From: Saprolegnia diclina VS20
Lineage: Eukaryota
Assembly (NCBI RefSeq): GCF_000281045.1
Contig: NW_008246122.1
Span: forward strand, 305,301-326,394
DNA length: 21,094 nucleotides
Direction: 5' to 3'
Shown: one piece after another, positions 7,386 to 18,207 of the stretch
Numbering within the stretch: the stretch's first letter is position 1
How the letters are laid out: every line of letters begins with the position of its first letter
Program-made: the position numbers and the translations under genes
Notes under the pieces: generated by a model
Seen by the model: the letters and a program-made list of their open reading frames with translations, nothing else
Told to the model about the DNA's origin: nothing
Database searches by the model: none

Positions 7386-10300
7386 ATGGCGGACGAGGAT
7401 CCGCTGCGGCGGCTCTCGGACGCAGCCCGAACGATCGTCAAGCAGCGCCGAAGCACGCTGACGGCCGTCGCAGCGGCCGAGGCAGACACCGACAACTCGG
7501 ACGACGACGAGCACGATCTCGGCCTCTTTGCGGCCAAGTACCACCGCCTCCGCCACGTCACGGCTACCATGGCGCCTGTCGAGCGCGACGTGCAAGCGCA
7601 GTGGCTTTGGTGCGACCGCCATCATGTCTCTTGCCTCAGTCGTCGCTTGGACTAGGCTCAATGGCAAGCTCGTGGACGCCAAAGCCCACTTTATCGAGAT
7701 TGCGCGGTCGGCCCCGACGTATCCGCACGTGCACTTCAAGCTCGGGTATCTCTACCTCCTATTGCACGACGCGCACAAGGCCTTGGACGCCTTTGGGTAG
7801 CGCAATCTTCGTCCTCTCATTGCCATGAATGCTACGACCGTGCTAGGATGGAGGTGGCAACGCTCTTGGCGACGCCCGAGCCAACGCACGAGGTGCATGG
7901 AAAGCGGGTCGCGGCCAAGGTAGCCTCTCTTCCTCGCTCCTCTTGCACGCGTCGATATGTCTCATTAGGCCTTTCTCTGGTGCGCCCATGCCGGACGATA
8001 CGAAGCATACACGCAGCTGCACCAGCCAGAAAAAGCGCTGCACGAACAAGCGGCGCTGGAGGCGCACGGCGGCACGTCGCTCGAGGCCCATGTAGCCATG
8101 GGCAGCCTCTTTGCCCGTCTCGGCTTGCTCCACCGCGCGGATCTCTGTTTCGAAAAAGGTACTATTTTTTGATGGACAACTTGTCCAATATCTACTTATT
8201 GTAATGCTTTGATGATGCTAGCGGCAGCACTCAATGCACGGGATCCCAGCTACTTGGCCGAGCACGCCAGTGTGCTCTTGCTCCAGAAGCGATACGACCG
8301 GTCGCTCGCCATGGCCGTCCAGTGCGTGGCCGTCGCAGCGCCGCTGAGCTACGATGTCTTCCGCGCCATGCTGCACCAAGCGACTGCGCACATCCGGCTG
8401 CGTCAGCTCCCGAGTTGGCCTATATCGTTGTTAGTATCAACTTTGTATCAATATGCGGTGGCTAGAGGCCAAGAATATATTGCGCGAAGTCCTCGACAGC
8501 CTTGCGCCACTGGTGGAAGAGCACATGACTCCTCTCTTGGAAGGCTCCGACATGGACCGAGCGACCTTGCGGCAGCTGTACTTTGATGCAAGCCAATCCG
8601 ACGGTACATTTCGAAACCATTTTACCGAAAAATGATTAAGGATCGAGATCATAGGCTGCCGGGCGCTATTGGCAGGCGACTTGCAGCATGCGCTCGACGT
8701 CTACTACCGCCTCGCCAACGATTTTTCCGATTTTCAGGTCCATTTCCGTGCACCCCAACGGTAATTTGATGGTTCAATTTACCGTAGCTGCCCGTCTTGC
8801 TCGTGGCCCCCGGAGCGCGGAACGCGACCGGCAACGTGGTCGACACGTCAGTTTTTTCGGTCGACAATATTGTCAACGCCCTCGTGTACCTAGACGAGGT
8901 AGACATACCTCTGGAGACTTTGCATGCTGAGCAGGGTAGATGGAGGCGCGATATGGCCCGGATGCGTGCTTGTACTTTCACCGGTACGACCATCTACGGA
9001 CACAAAATACTTAGTTGGATCAGCGCCAACGTCTACCGAGCGCTTGGGAACCTCAATAGCTTCCTCGAGGACCTCAAGATCCTGGAGCGGCTCGCCCCTC
9101 ACTTCCTACCGACGTACTTTAGTCACGTACGTAATTAGTTTATTCTCTAGCGCGTGGACTATCTTGACGTGTAGGGCAGCTTCGGGGACTTTCTTGATGA
9201 AGAGACCATGACGTGGCTGCCACACCGTCTCTTGTGTGCCCTCCACGCGTCGGAGAATGTTGCTCGTACAATTGATCTATTGCAATATGAATACTAACAT
9301 GTACTAACTAGACCATGCAACAAGGATCGAAAATGCTCCGATCGTCGAGTACTTGCAGACGCGTCGGCAGTATCAACCGCTTGATATTTACGCCGACATT
9401 TTCCTCATCGATGGACTCCGACGCCTCGAGCTGGACGGTGCGACTCGGTCCTTTCGACTAGCATTCGAAACGATGTTAGGCGAGCTCTCGCTGGCCACCA
9501 AGCGGCAGCAAGAAGCAGCGAGCGTGTCATTTGACGACTCGCTTTGCGGTCTCAACGACAAGGTACACTATTTGTGAACGATTGTATGTACAATAGTGTA
9601 TGCAGACGCCGCCGTTGACGAGCCTCGCGTGCATCGGCTCGCTGCTCGAACGCCACGCGAACTTGCCGCTCGTGCACTTTGTCGCGGGACTCGTCTACAT
9701 GTCGCAGTTGCGCGCCTTTGGTATAGGATATGATAGATAACCTGTCGATCTCTACATAGTCTCAATGTATAGATGCGACGCGACACTTTGGCCTCTCGAT
9801 CGAGCTTCTGAGCGACGCCCTCGGGCGCATGGAAGCAGCGATGCAGCACCGCACCGGTCCCACCCACGTGGACCTGCCGACGCGGTGCGTCCTTGAGCGT
9901 GACGCGTGGTCTAATCGAGCATCTAGATGGATCTACCAGAGCTACGCGCGGGCCAAGTACCATGCACTGGTGTGGTATGACGACTCATTACTGATAGAAT
10001 GGTATCTCAAATCGTGTCTGCTAGGCGGTCAGTGCTTCACCGTCTACTGCTCAACACGGTCGAAGCCAACGACGATCTGAAAGCAGCGTTGGCGCTCTTT
10101 CCTCGGGATCCCCATGGTCAGGTAGATTGCTATCTCTTCAAAAGTCGACATAAACCATCGAGCGCTAGCTCGTCAAGGCGATGAGCATGGTGCACTACAG
10201 CCAAACGCGCCATGCGATCAAGCCCCTCCAAATCGCCCTCGACGTGCGAGTTGAACTCCCTAACGACACGTCGTCTCCACAGATTCGATGGACTAGAGTC

Positions 10301-13300
10301 TGCGTGCGAATGGGTTTGGTAAGAACAAGGAGATGGCGGTCGACTACATTCTGGGAGCGGGCACGGCGTCCTTCTCGCTGCTGCCGGGGGTGCGTTTGGT
10401 TATCTTCGACCCTGCCTAATGGTTTGTTTGGTAGGAGCTGCGCAAAGCGCGCAATGCGGCGCTGCATCAACACTACACGGGATCGACGCCATCGACAACG
10501 CACGGCCGAAGCTCGACCAACGCGTCCAAGCTTGCCACCAAGATTCTAACGATGGACGCGCTCGACAAGCTGTACGACGCCGGTGTCCTCAAGCTCTCCA
10601 AAGGCTTGGTAACACATGGTGTTCTCGTACACTGTTTGTTCCAGTGGATGGTAGATTGCGTCGGCGATCGAGTATTTTCAAGCGCTCACGTCCATCAAAG
10701 AGACGTACATGACACCGTCGATCGAAGCCCTCCTCGATTTGCAGCGCTGTCGCGACCCTCGCTTGGTCGACGAAAAGGTGCGTTCGAACAAAATGAATCT
10801 GGTGCGTGACATCTGGTACTCGTGCGCACCTAGATTTACGCGTGCCACCACCGATTGAGCAAGCGTGGACTCAAGCTTCTCAAGCTCCTGCACATGCCGA
10901 TCGAAGGTCTCATTGACATGACAGTGTGCTTGCACTACGCCCCGCACGATGTCGACACCTACTGGCACCGGGCGATGCTGTACCGGCAGTTCCGCAACTA
11001 CGACGCCTGCCTCCACGACCTCTCTCTGGTGCAAACCCTCCACTCGATCTGACGGATATATAGATAATGATGGTAGGCACTCGAGCTTACGCTAAACGGC
11101 GAGACGGCCACAAAGCTCCGTCAAGTTCGCTTGGATCGGTGATGCCATATGTTTGTACCTTAACCCTAATCACAAGCCCAACTAGGTACAAGACGCTCAT
11201 TCTCGCTCGGAGCGACGTCTACAGCGTGGCCAAGGACCCGGCCAAAGCGCTCTCGGACCTCAACGTCGCCATGGAGCTCCACTACAGAGAAAAGACGCGG
11301 GACCCGACGGTCACCGCAGCGTTTCACGACAAGCGCTGTGCGCTCCTCGTCCGACTCCGGCGGTTCGAACAAGCCATCGAAGTCGAATTTCTTGTATCGA
11401 TACACCTTTCTGACTGGCGTACGTAGGACATGGAGATTGCACTTCAACTGACGACGACGGACGGCCCGCTCTCGGACAATGCGATTCTGAACCACCTCTT
11501 ATTGGGGAATTTGCACTGCCAGATGGCCATGACGAGCCAGAAGAAGCAGACAATCTCGGACCACTACCTCTTTCCGACACCCGTACTACCGTTGTTGTTT
11601 CGCTATAGCAATGTACAGTGTAGGCCAACCCGCTGACGTCGGTGGCGGCCGCGTCACTGGCGACCGCGTGCACCTACTACGACAAGGTTTTGTCGGAGAA
11701 ACCCACGTTTGCACTCGCGCTCTTCCTCAAGGGTTCAATTCCTGTGTCCGACACTCTTTTTTTACCGAAAATGGAATCTAGGTCGCATGCACGCCGTTCA
11801 AGGCGACTGCGTCCGTGCCCTCGGGTGCCTCGACGACTGCTTGCGGTCTCTCGGTCCCTAGCTCTGCCACATCTAAGCGAACGTCGTAGGCAAGATGCTT
11901 GGTTCGTCGCAGCACATTTTTTACGTGGCAGCATCCGCGCGCAGCAGTGCCTCCCCGAGCTGGCCCTCGCGGCGTTTCTGCTCGTCCGCAGCAAAGTGCC
12001 GCTGTACCCGAATGTGCAAACGTCGATAGGCTATTGCTACTATATCCTGGGCAACCACAAGAGCGCGGTTTTCGAGCTCACCGAAGCGAGTACGTACACC
12101 ATCTACCAGGTAGTCCTATTACGATATTGCACTAGTCGCGCAGGCCAGCTATGATGCAACTGCGCACTACACCCGCGGCCTCGCGCTGCAAGAAGTACTC
12201 GCACTGGACAAGGCGGTCGACGACTTTTCGACTGCGATTGCGCATGACACGCGCATGGCGCCGGCCTACTTTCAGGTAGAAAAAATGGGACACAGCGGGG
12301 ATCGATGCGTGGCCTAGCGCGCGATTTGCCGCCTCTTGCAGCAAGACTACAGCGGCGCGAGCGCCGATTTGCGCGAGACGATTCGGCTCGATACGAATAT
12401 GTTGCACGCGTACGTGTTGCTCGGGTATGCCTGCTACCACAACGACCAAGTGACGACGGCGGTCGACGGTAAGATCTTTGCCATCTTCTTTTATAAAAAC
12501 CCCATGAAGTGTACTCGCAATTTCTACTCGAGAAAACCACAGACGCCAAAGTACTCGTGTACCGTGGCTTGTGCTACTACCGCCTCGGCGAACTCGACTT
12601 GGCGCTACGCGACCTCCACCGAGCGGTACACTATTCGGACACCTATTCCGCGATCAAGAAGTCTCCAAGTCGAAACGACTAACTTTTGTCTAGGTCAAGC
12701 TTGATGCCAAGTTGTGGTTTGGCTACTATGTGCTCGCCTTGTGCTTTCACAAGAAAGCGGACGTGGACGGCACGGCCAAGAACATTGCGCTCTGCGTCCC
12801 GTACTTCAAAGAGGTGCCGACAGCGGCGTCTTGGGATGCGACGCCGCCGCTGTGGCACATCAACTCGGTGTTTGCCTACCGCGGTGACGACACAACGGCC
12901 TCGCTCCTGCGTCTAGCCAAGTACGCCTGCAAGCACTCGTCGGCCCCACATCGAGCCCCGCGGCCCGCCCTCGGTTTGTAAATTTTTGTACATGTCTCAA
13001 AATCAAACCAAAGCGACTAGACGCAACGACGCCGAGCCCCCGGCAGCTCTACTTGCGAGTGCTCTTTCGTCGTACGATCCGACACGTGGTCTTTCTAAGT
13101 CGTGTCGTCCGGGAAATGGAGAGCCATACGTTTACCGCGACGTCGCTCAACGCGCATCTCTCGCGCCAGCTCGAAGCGCTTGCGGCCCCCGTTCGCATCC
13201 CGCCCCCCCGTGGTACCAACGTGGCCGACAGCTGTGCTCTGCATTCATACGCCTAGGCCTCTTTACCGATGCGTCGGTCGCGTGGGCGTATAATTTGCTT

Positions 13301-15864
13301 GGTACCATGTGCCACCGCCACAAGAAGCTCGAAGACGCTCTGCGCAACTTCACGCTCGCGATCGCTGCGACGCCGACCAACCCGGTGCCGTACTTTAACC
13401 GGTACGACGCATATTGTCGATCAAAAATGGATTATCCTCTAGCGGCAACATCTACTTGGCCATGCACGCGATTCCTTCCGGTATGAGCACAAGATTGTCA
13501 TGCATTTTAAAGGGTGGCGATAGCTCTGACCGAGTACACGGACGCGCTCCAAGCCAACCCGGAGCATGTTCCGTCGCTGATTAACGCGGCCCTCGCTTTT
13601 CTACTGCTGCACAACGTCGACGACGCGCATCGGTATTTGCGGACAGCGACGACGCAGCTGCCCTTTGTGCCAGACGCGCGGTCGCAAGTCCTCGTGAGCT
13701 ACAACTACGCCAACGTTCTTCGCCAACTCGACCGTCTCGACGAGGCCATCGAGTGGTAGCATCGACCACTTGTCGGCTTTGCAATGGACTTGGCCGTAGG
13801 TACACCAAGGCCATGGAGCATACGTCGACGGATCTCTGGCTTTTGCACAACCGCGCGACGGTCTACCACGCGCAAATGAAGTTTACGTCTGGTAGTTGCG
13901 ATATCTATCAATGTGTAATGTTGCGATCTCCGCCTAGCCTTGCACGATTATGCCGCAGCGTTGGCGCTGGCACCGTCGACGCTTGAGACGCGCGCCAACC
14001 GCGCGCAGCTGTACATTGCGAGCTCGCGCTGTTTCTTGGCGTCCCAAGACTTGGACATCGCGGTCACGTACCTCCCGAGTGCGTGTGTGTTTGTCGCCAA
14101 TGCCAGTGGACACTCTGTCTTGTAGGCAGCGACAAGGCGGCGCTGGTGCAGCGATTGCATGGCTTTTGCAAGCGCTGGACCGAGGCGATGACGGTCGCAC
14201 GCGCGGATTTCGTGTATGTGTTGCACGCGTTCCCTTGCTTTGCCAATGTGGCGACGGACGGGACAGCACCGTTTCTCGACCCGTTCTTCTTTCACTACAG
14301 CGACCTCTCGGACGCGTCCCATGCGGCGTCCAGCGGTGCAAACTCAAACTCCAATGCAAGTCACGTTGTCGACGATCAAACGTAGCGCTGGAGCGCATGC
14401 TCGCCGCGTCCAAGGCGGCCGACTTACCGCGCCTCGTGCACGCTGCACTCGACGCGATGCGGCACATGGACTTTGCCACGGCCCAGCGGCTGCTGTTGAG
14501 TGCCACGTACACGTCCAATCTGTCGTTGGAAGAGCTGCAAGTGTGTCTGCTCTGGCGTGCGCAGGTACGATTCAATTTTCGATTTCATCGTCGCCTTGTG
14601 ACATATTTTGACTATTCTCTTTTTGTCGGATGTTGACGTGTCGCTATGTAGCTCGAATTCGATCGGGGCAACGCGAACGACTGCCTCGAGATGCTGCAAC
14701 AGCTGCTGCTCGCGACCGAGCCGCGCGACGATGGTAGCAACCCGGTATGTTCCACGACGAATAGCCAACACGGCCTCTCTAGCCGACCGTCGCCCACGCG
14801 ACACCCCCTTGCCACTCCAACGCTGGTCGCACATATGCTCACAGCGATACTTGGGATGCAATGCTGAGCATTTGCGCGTAGGTCGTCGTCGCTGACGTCG
14901 ACGCAAGCGCGCTGCAGCATTGCGTCCGACATTTACGCCTATGCTGGCTGCGTGTTTCAGGCACAAAACAAGCGCGAGCAGGCCAAGCACGCGCTCGAGA
15001 AGAGTCTCCGCCTTGTGCCGCACAACATGTTTGCATTGCTCAACTGGTATCTCCTCTCTCGTCGCTTTGAAACGGACATACTTTGTCCATTCTAGCGTCC
15101 ATTTATACTCGCTGGAAGGCGACTTGTACGCAGCCATGGACACGATAGCCCGCGCCATCGACTTTGTGGTACGTCCGTTTCCTTCACGCGATCGATGGAC
15201 GCTGGCTCTGTAGGCTCGTGGCGTCGCCGCGCCCTCGTCCGCCGCCACCACAATGAGGGTAGGGTTCCACTAGTGCGAGGATGCAGCGAGTGTGTCTACA
15301 TCACACATGATCTAGCACGCCAAGGCGAGCGTTTTGCATCGGTCCCACGATGTCCATGCGTCCTTGGCGCACACGCAGCTCTTGACGCACCCCACCTGCG
15401 CCAGCGTACTTTTTCAAATGTGAAATCCAGTGGAAGAGCATGTGGGCTAGATTTGCTCAACACTCTCGAGTCTCCTTGCCGAGTACAAGGCGCTGTTGAC
15501 GTGGGACGTTGGCAACCACATTCCGCAGCTCTGTGCGCTCCAAGGCAAGCTTGCGATTCATGCCGAAGCCCTTCGGGACCTCGTGACCAAGCAGCGCGAG
15601 CCCGAGACCAGCAACAACAACAGCAATATCCAACTGCACAGTCTCCATCAGATACTCGATCAGTGCGCGCTTGAGACGAGCCAACAACCCGCGCTCGAGT
15701 CGTCGGCGTGGCGGCGGCTCGTCCAGCCGACCAAGCCACTGCGCCGCCGGTCGATGCTGCTTCCGAATGTCGACGTGCCGTCCACGCCTGCGTTTCAAGA
15801 CGAGTACAACCGCGTGGTCGCTCAAATTGAGCCAACGCTGGTGACCGATCAGGACGAGATGTAG
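7386..15864 (+). CDS. Large multi-exon tetratricopeptide-repeat (TPR) protein
   Basis: ATG 7386 (MADEDPLRRLSDAAR) to TAG 15864. Roughly 40-50 short GT..AG introns by eye; the full exon chain was not resolved. Exons carry TPR consensus segments, e.g. YPHVHFKLGYLYLLLHDAHKALDAF, DTYWHRAMLYRQFRNYDACLHDLS, AYVLLGYACY, WAYNLLGTMCHRHKKLEDALRNFTLAIAATPTNPVPYFNR, ALTEYTDALQANPEHVPSLINAAL, LLHNRATVY. It could be two genes; ortholog not assigned. Confidence 0.75.
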
Positions 15865-15928
15865 TAATGCCGTCTCGCTAATATACATAGCAACGTGTTT
15901 ATCGACAGCAGCTCAACACGAAGGACTA

Positions 15929-17196
15929 CTATGCCAACGAAGCGTACGTCGGAATTTTGGTGCGAATGATGCGCAGGGCCTCGGGGCCTAGGGTAACAAT
16001 ATAACGAGGGTTGAGGCGTCGACAGAGTACCTCCGTTGCGCTCGAGGGCCCCGAGCGTATCATCGATCGTCGCACGCAGCGCTTTGGACGAGTACTTGCG
16101 GTGGATCTGCTGGATGAGCTTGGGCAAATGCACATTCATGTCCGACCCCACGGCGTCCGCAATCGCTCTAAGTGGACAATAATGTCATTCGTGTAAACTC
16201 AATAAGTCGATACAAGATTATACGTACTGGATCGCTTTGAGCGTGACGACGAGCACGTCGTCGTCCGGGGCCATGAGCGCCGCCCGGATCGGCGGAATGA
16301 GCAGTCCGAGGAGCGGCCGGACCTTGTCGTCGGCGCCCTAGCAAATGCAGAATGAGACTCGAGTTGCCGTCAACTGCGTATACGTTGGCGGTCATAAGGT
16401 CGTTGAAGCCTTGGCGCGCGAGAAAGACGTACGGGTGGTCCGTTTCTTGAAAGCCCTCGCAGCACGTGACGAGGAGCGGGTTGTACTCGACGTCTACTCG
16501 GCCACGTCAAATCGCATTGCTATAACGTTGGAACGATGTACCTTCGGGCGACTGGTTCCACTGCAGCGCATTTTTGATCCCTCCGTGGTTGATGCTACGC
16601 GCGTTAATGTGATCCTTAGAGACCCAAAGTTGGCGTTGAGATGAATGCACCGGCAAGGGATGTTGCCGGCTGCGTACGCGGCGCCAAAATTCCTAGTTCA
16701 AACGGGTTAGGGAAACGACGTTATAGCAGTTGGCGTACGTTTTGTGCTTCTTCTTTGTACTCCACGGGTCAGCTTGCTTGTGCTTGTTGAGCGCTTGCGA
16801 TGGCATCGGATGTCCTGGCTTCTTGGCTTTGGCTAGCATCGTCGCATGAGAACGTGCCACGTAATCTCTCGGAAATTGCATACCGGCCTCGACATCGTTG
16901 TTGCTGCTGCTTGGCTTGGCAGCGGGCTTCTTGGTGCGAAGTGGGGCGTCCCGCTGGGGCATAGCGGTACTGTCCGGCTCCTTGTCGCTGCGAGAGGTAC
17001 TCAGGCGCGCCCGACTACCGTCTCGAATCCCAGCCTTCTCCGACTGGTTGGACACGGGGCGAGCGGTCGTGGTCGGCTTGCTCATCGGCTTGCGCGTGAT
17101 GGCCTTGGCGTCCGACGACGTTGCCGTCTTGGCTTTGATGGTGCTCATGCTCACGGCAGATTGCTGACTGAATGTGTCAACGCCATCGCTATACAT
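15929..17196 (-). CDS. PACRGL: PACRG-like protein (Parkin co-regulated gene-like)
   Basis: The spliced product reads ...PMPSQALNKHKQADPWSTKKKHKT|NFGAAYAAGNIPCR|INHGGIKNALQWNQSPE|DVEYNPLLVTCCEGFQETDHPYVFLARQGFNDLM...LLIPPIRAAL...VGSDMNVHLPKLIQQI...TLGALERNGG|PEALRIIRTKIPTYASLA*. This matches PACRGL motifs (IPCRxxHG, LQW, EGxxETxHPYxF, IxxKIPTY). Introns include 16738-16693 and 16650-16595. Start is 17196 or the Met at 17148. Confidence 0.9.
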
Positions 17197-17284
17197 AGCC
17201 CAGTTTCCGACGACTATTCTTACACAAAACTAGTCGAATTTTTGCAATCTTCCATCGTACTTCAAGGTACTAACGTTTAAACGA

Positions 17285-17617
17285 TTACACGAGTATAAGG
17301 GCAACGACCCACGAGAGGACGAGGGTTGGGAAGGCGACATCTGCCATCACGCCGCTGCTGGGATTGCTGCTGGCGCTCAACCGGGCGGAAGGCGGTGGCG
17401 CAGTGTCGGCAAAGTACGGGTTGAGTTCGTCGCTCGACAAATCGACGGCGCCATTCTCACGCGCCATGGCATAGGCGTTGACCGCGTAGCCCCAGTCGGG
17501 GCAGCCGTAGCAGCCTGTCGTGCCGCCACGCGTACAGTGCGACGCGCACTCGGGTAGCACGTCGCTCGCAAGAGCAGCCGCCACAACAACACTGCAGCAC
17601 CGTAAGAAGCGTACCAT
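17285..17617 (-). CDS. Small secreted, probably GPI-anchored protein with C-x3-C-x7-C-x2-C motif (110 aa)
   Basis: Intronless ORF: signal-like MVRFLRCCSVVVAAALA, then LPECASHCTRGGTTGCYGC, a Ser/Pro linker and a hydrophobic C-terminus (SSGVMADVAFPTLVLSWVVALILV*). Confidence 0.75.
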   Translation of the reverse strand: MVRFLRCCSVVVAAALASDVLPECASHCTRGGTTGCYGCPDWGYAVNAYAMARENGAVDLSSDELNPYFADTAPPPSARLSASSNPSSGVMADVAFPTLVLSWVVALILV

Positions 17618-18207
17618 GGCTGGTGCAATGGCGAAATGGCGAGGTCAATAGCGTGGGCTTGAAGGACGAAATGTCTTTTGTTTGTTTTATCGCTGGCGTT
17701 GATGGCGCTGTCAAGGACAGGCCATGGCAGATTGCCCTTTTCGGGGCGGACTTGAGCAAAAGCTCGCGGGTTTATCCTAACGATATGAGTGAATGAAGCA
17801 CCAATGTAGTGCGCCCTGTCACGTGCAGCTTCACTGAGGAGGACATTTTCCAGACTCGGTTTCTGCGGCACGGAATGACGCTCGAGAGATACCGCAACAC
17901 GATCAATGCTTTTAACGACGCGCCTCTTGTCGACGCCGCCAAGAACGCCGTCAGCTGCAGTGAGGCGCCTCGCTCGAGATGCTGCGCCCTCTATCTCTGG
18001 AAGAGGCACCAAGCCGTCGCTCCGACTCGAGAGTTTGTCGTACACGCCGTCGTGAACATACTTGTACGAGATAGTTGGCAAGTGGACACAACATATCAAC
18101 GTCAACTTTCACCGACAGTCTGCAACAGAAACGCAAGTTCATCCAAGTAAATAGTCCGTGTCATCCGGCTCATGTACGCATCGTGTTGTCTTTGGTCTCA
18201 AATAGTA

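Noticed and set aside
7600..15450. Introner-type mobile introns explaining the high intron density
   Set aside because: The introns show no mutual sequence similarity or terminal repeats by eye.
16707..16712. Telomere-like TTAGGG in a PACRGL intron
   Set aside because: A single unit, expected by chance.
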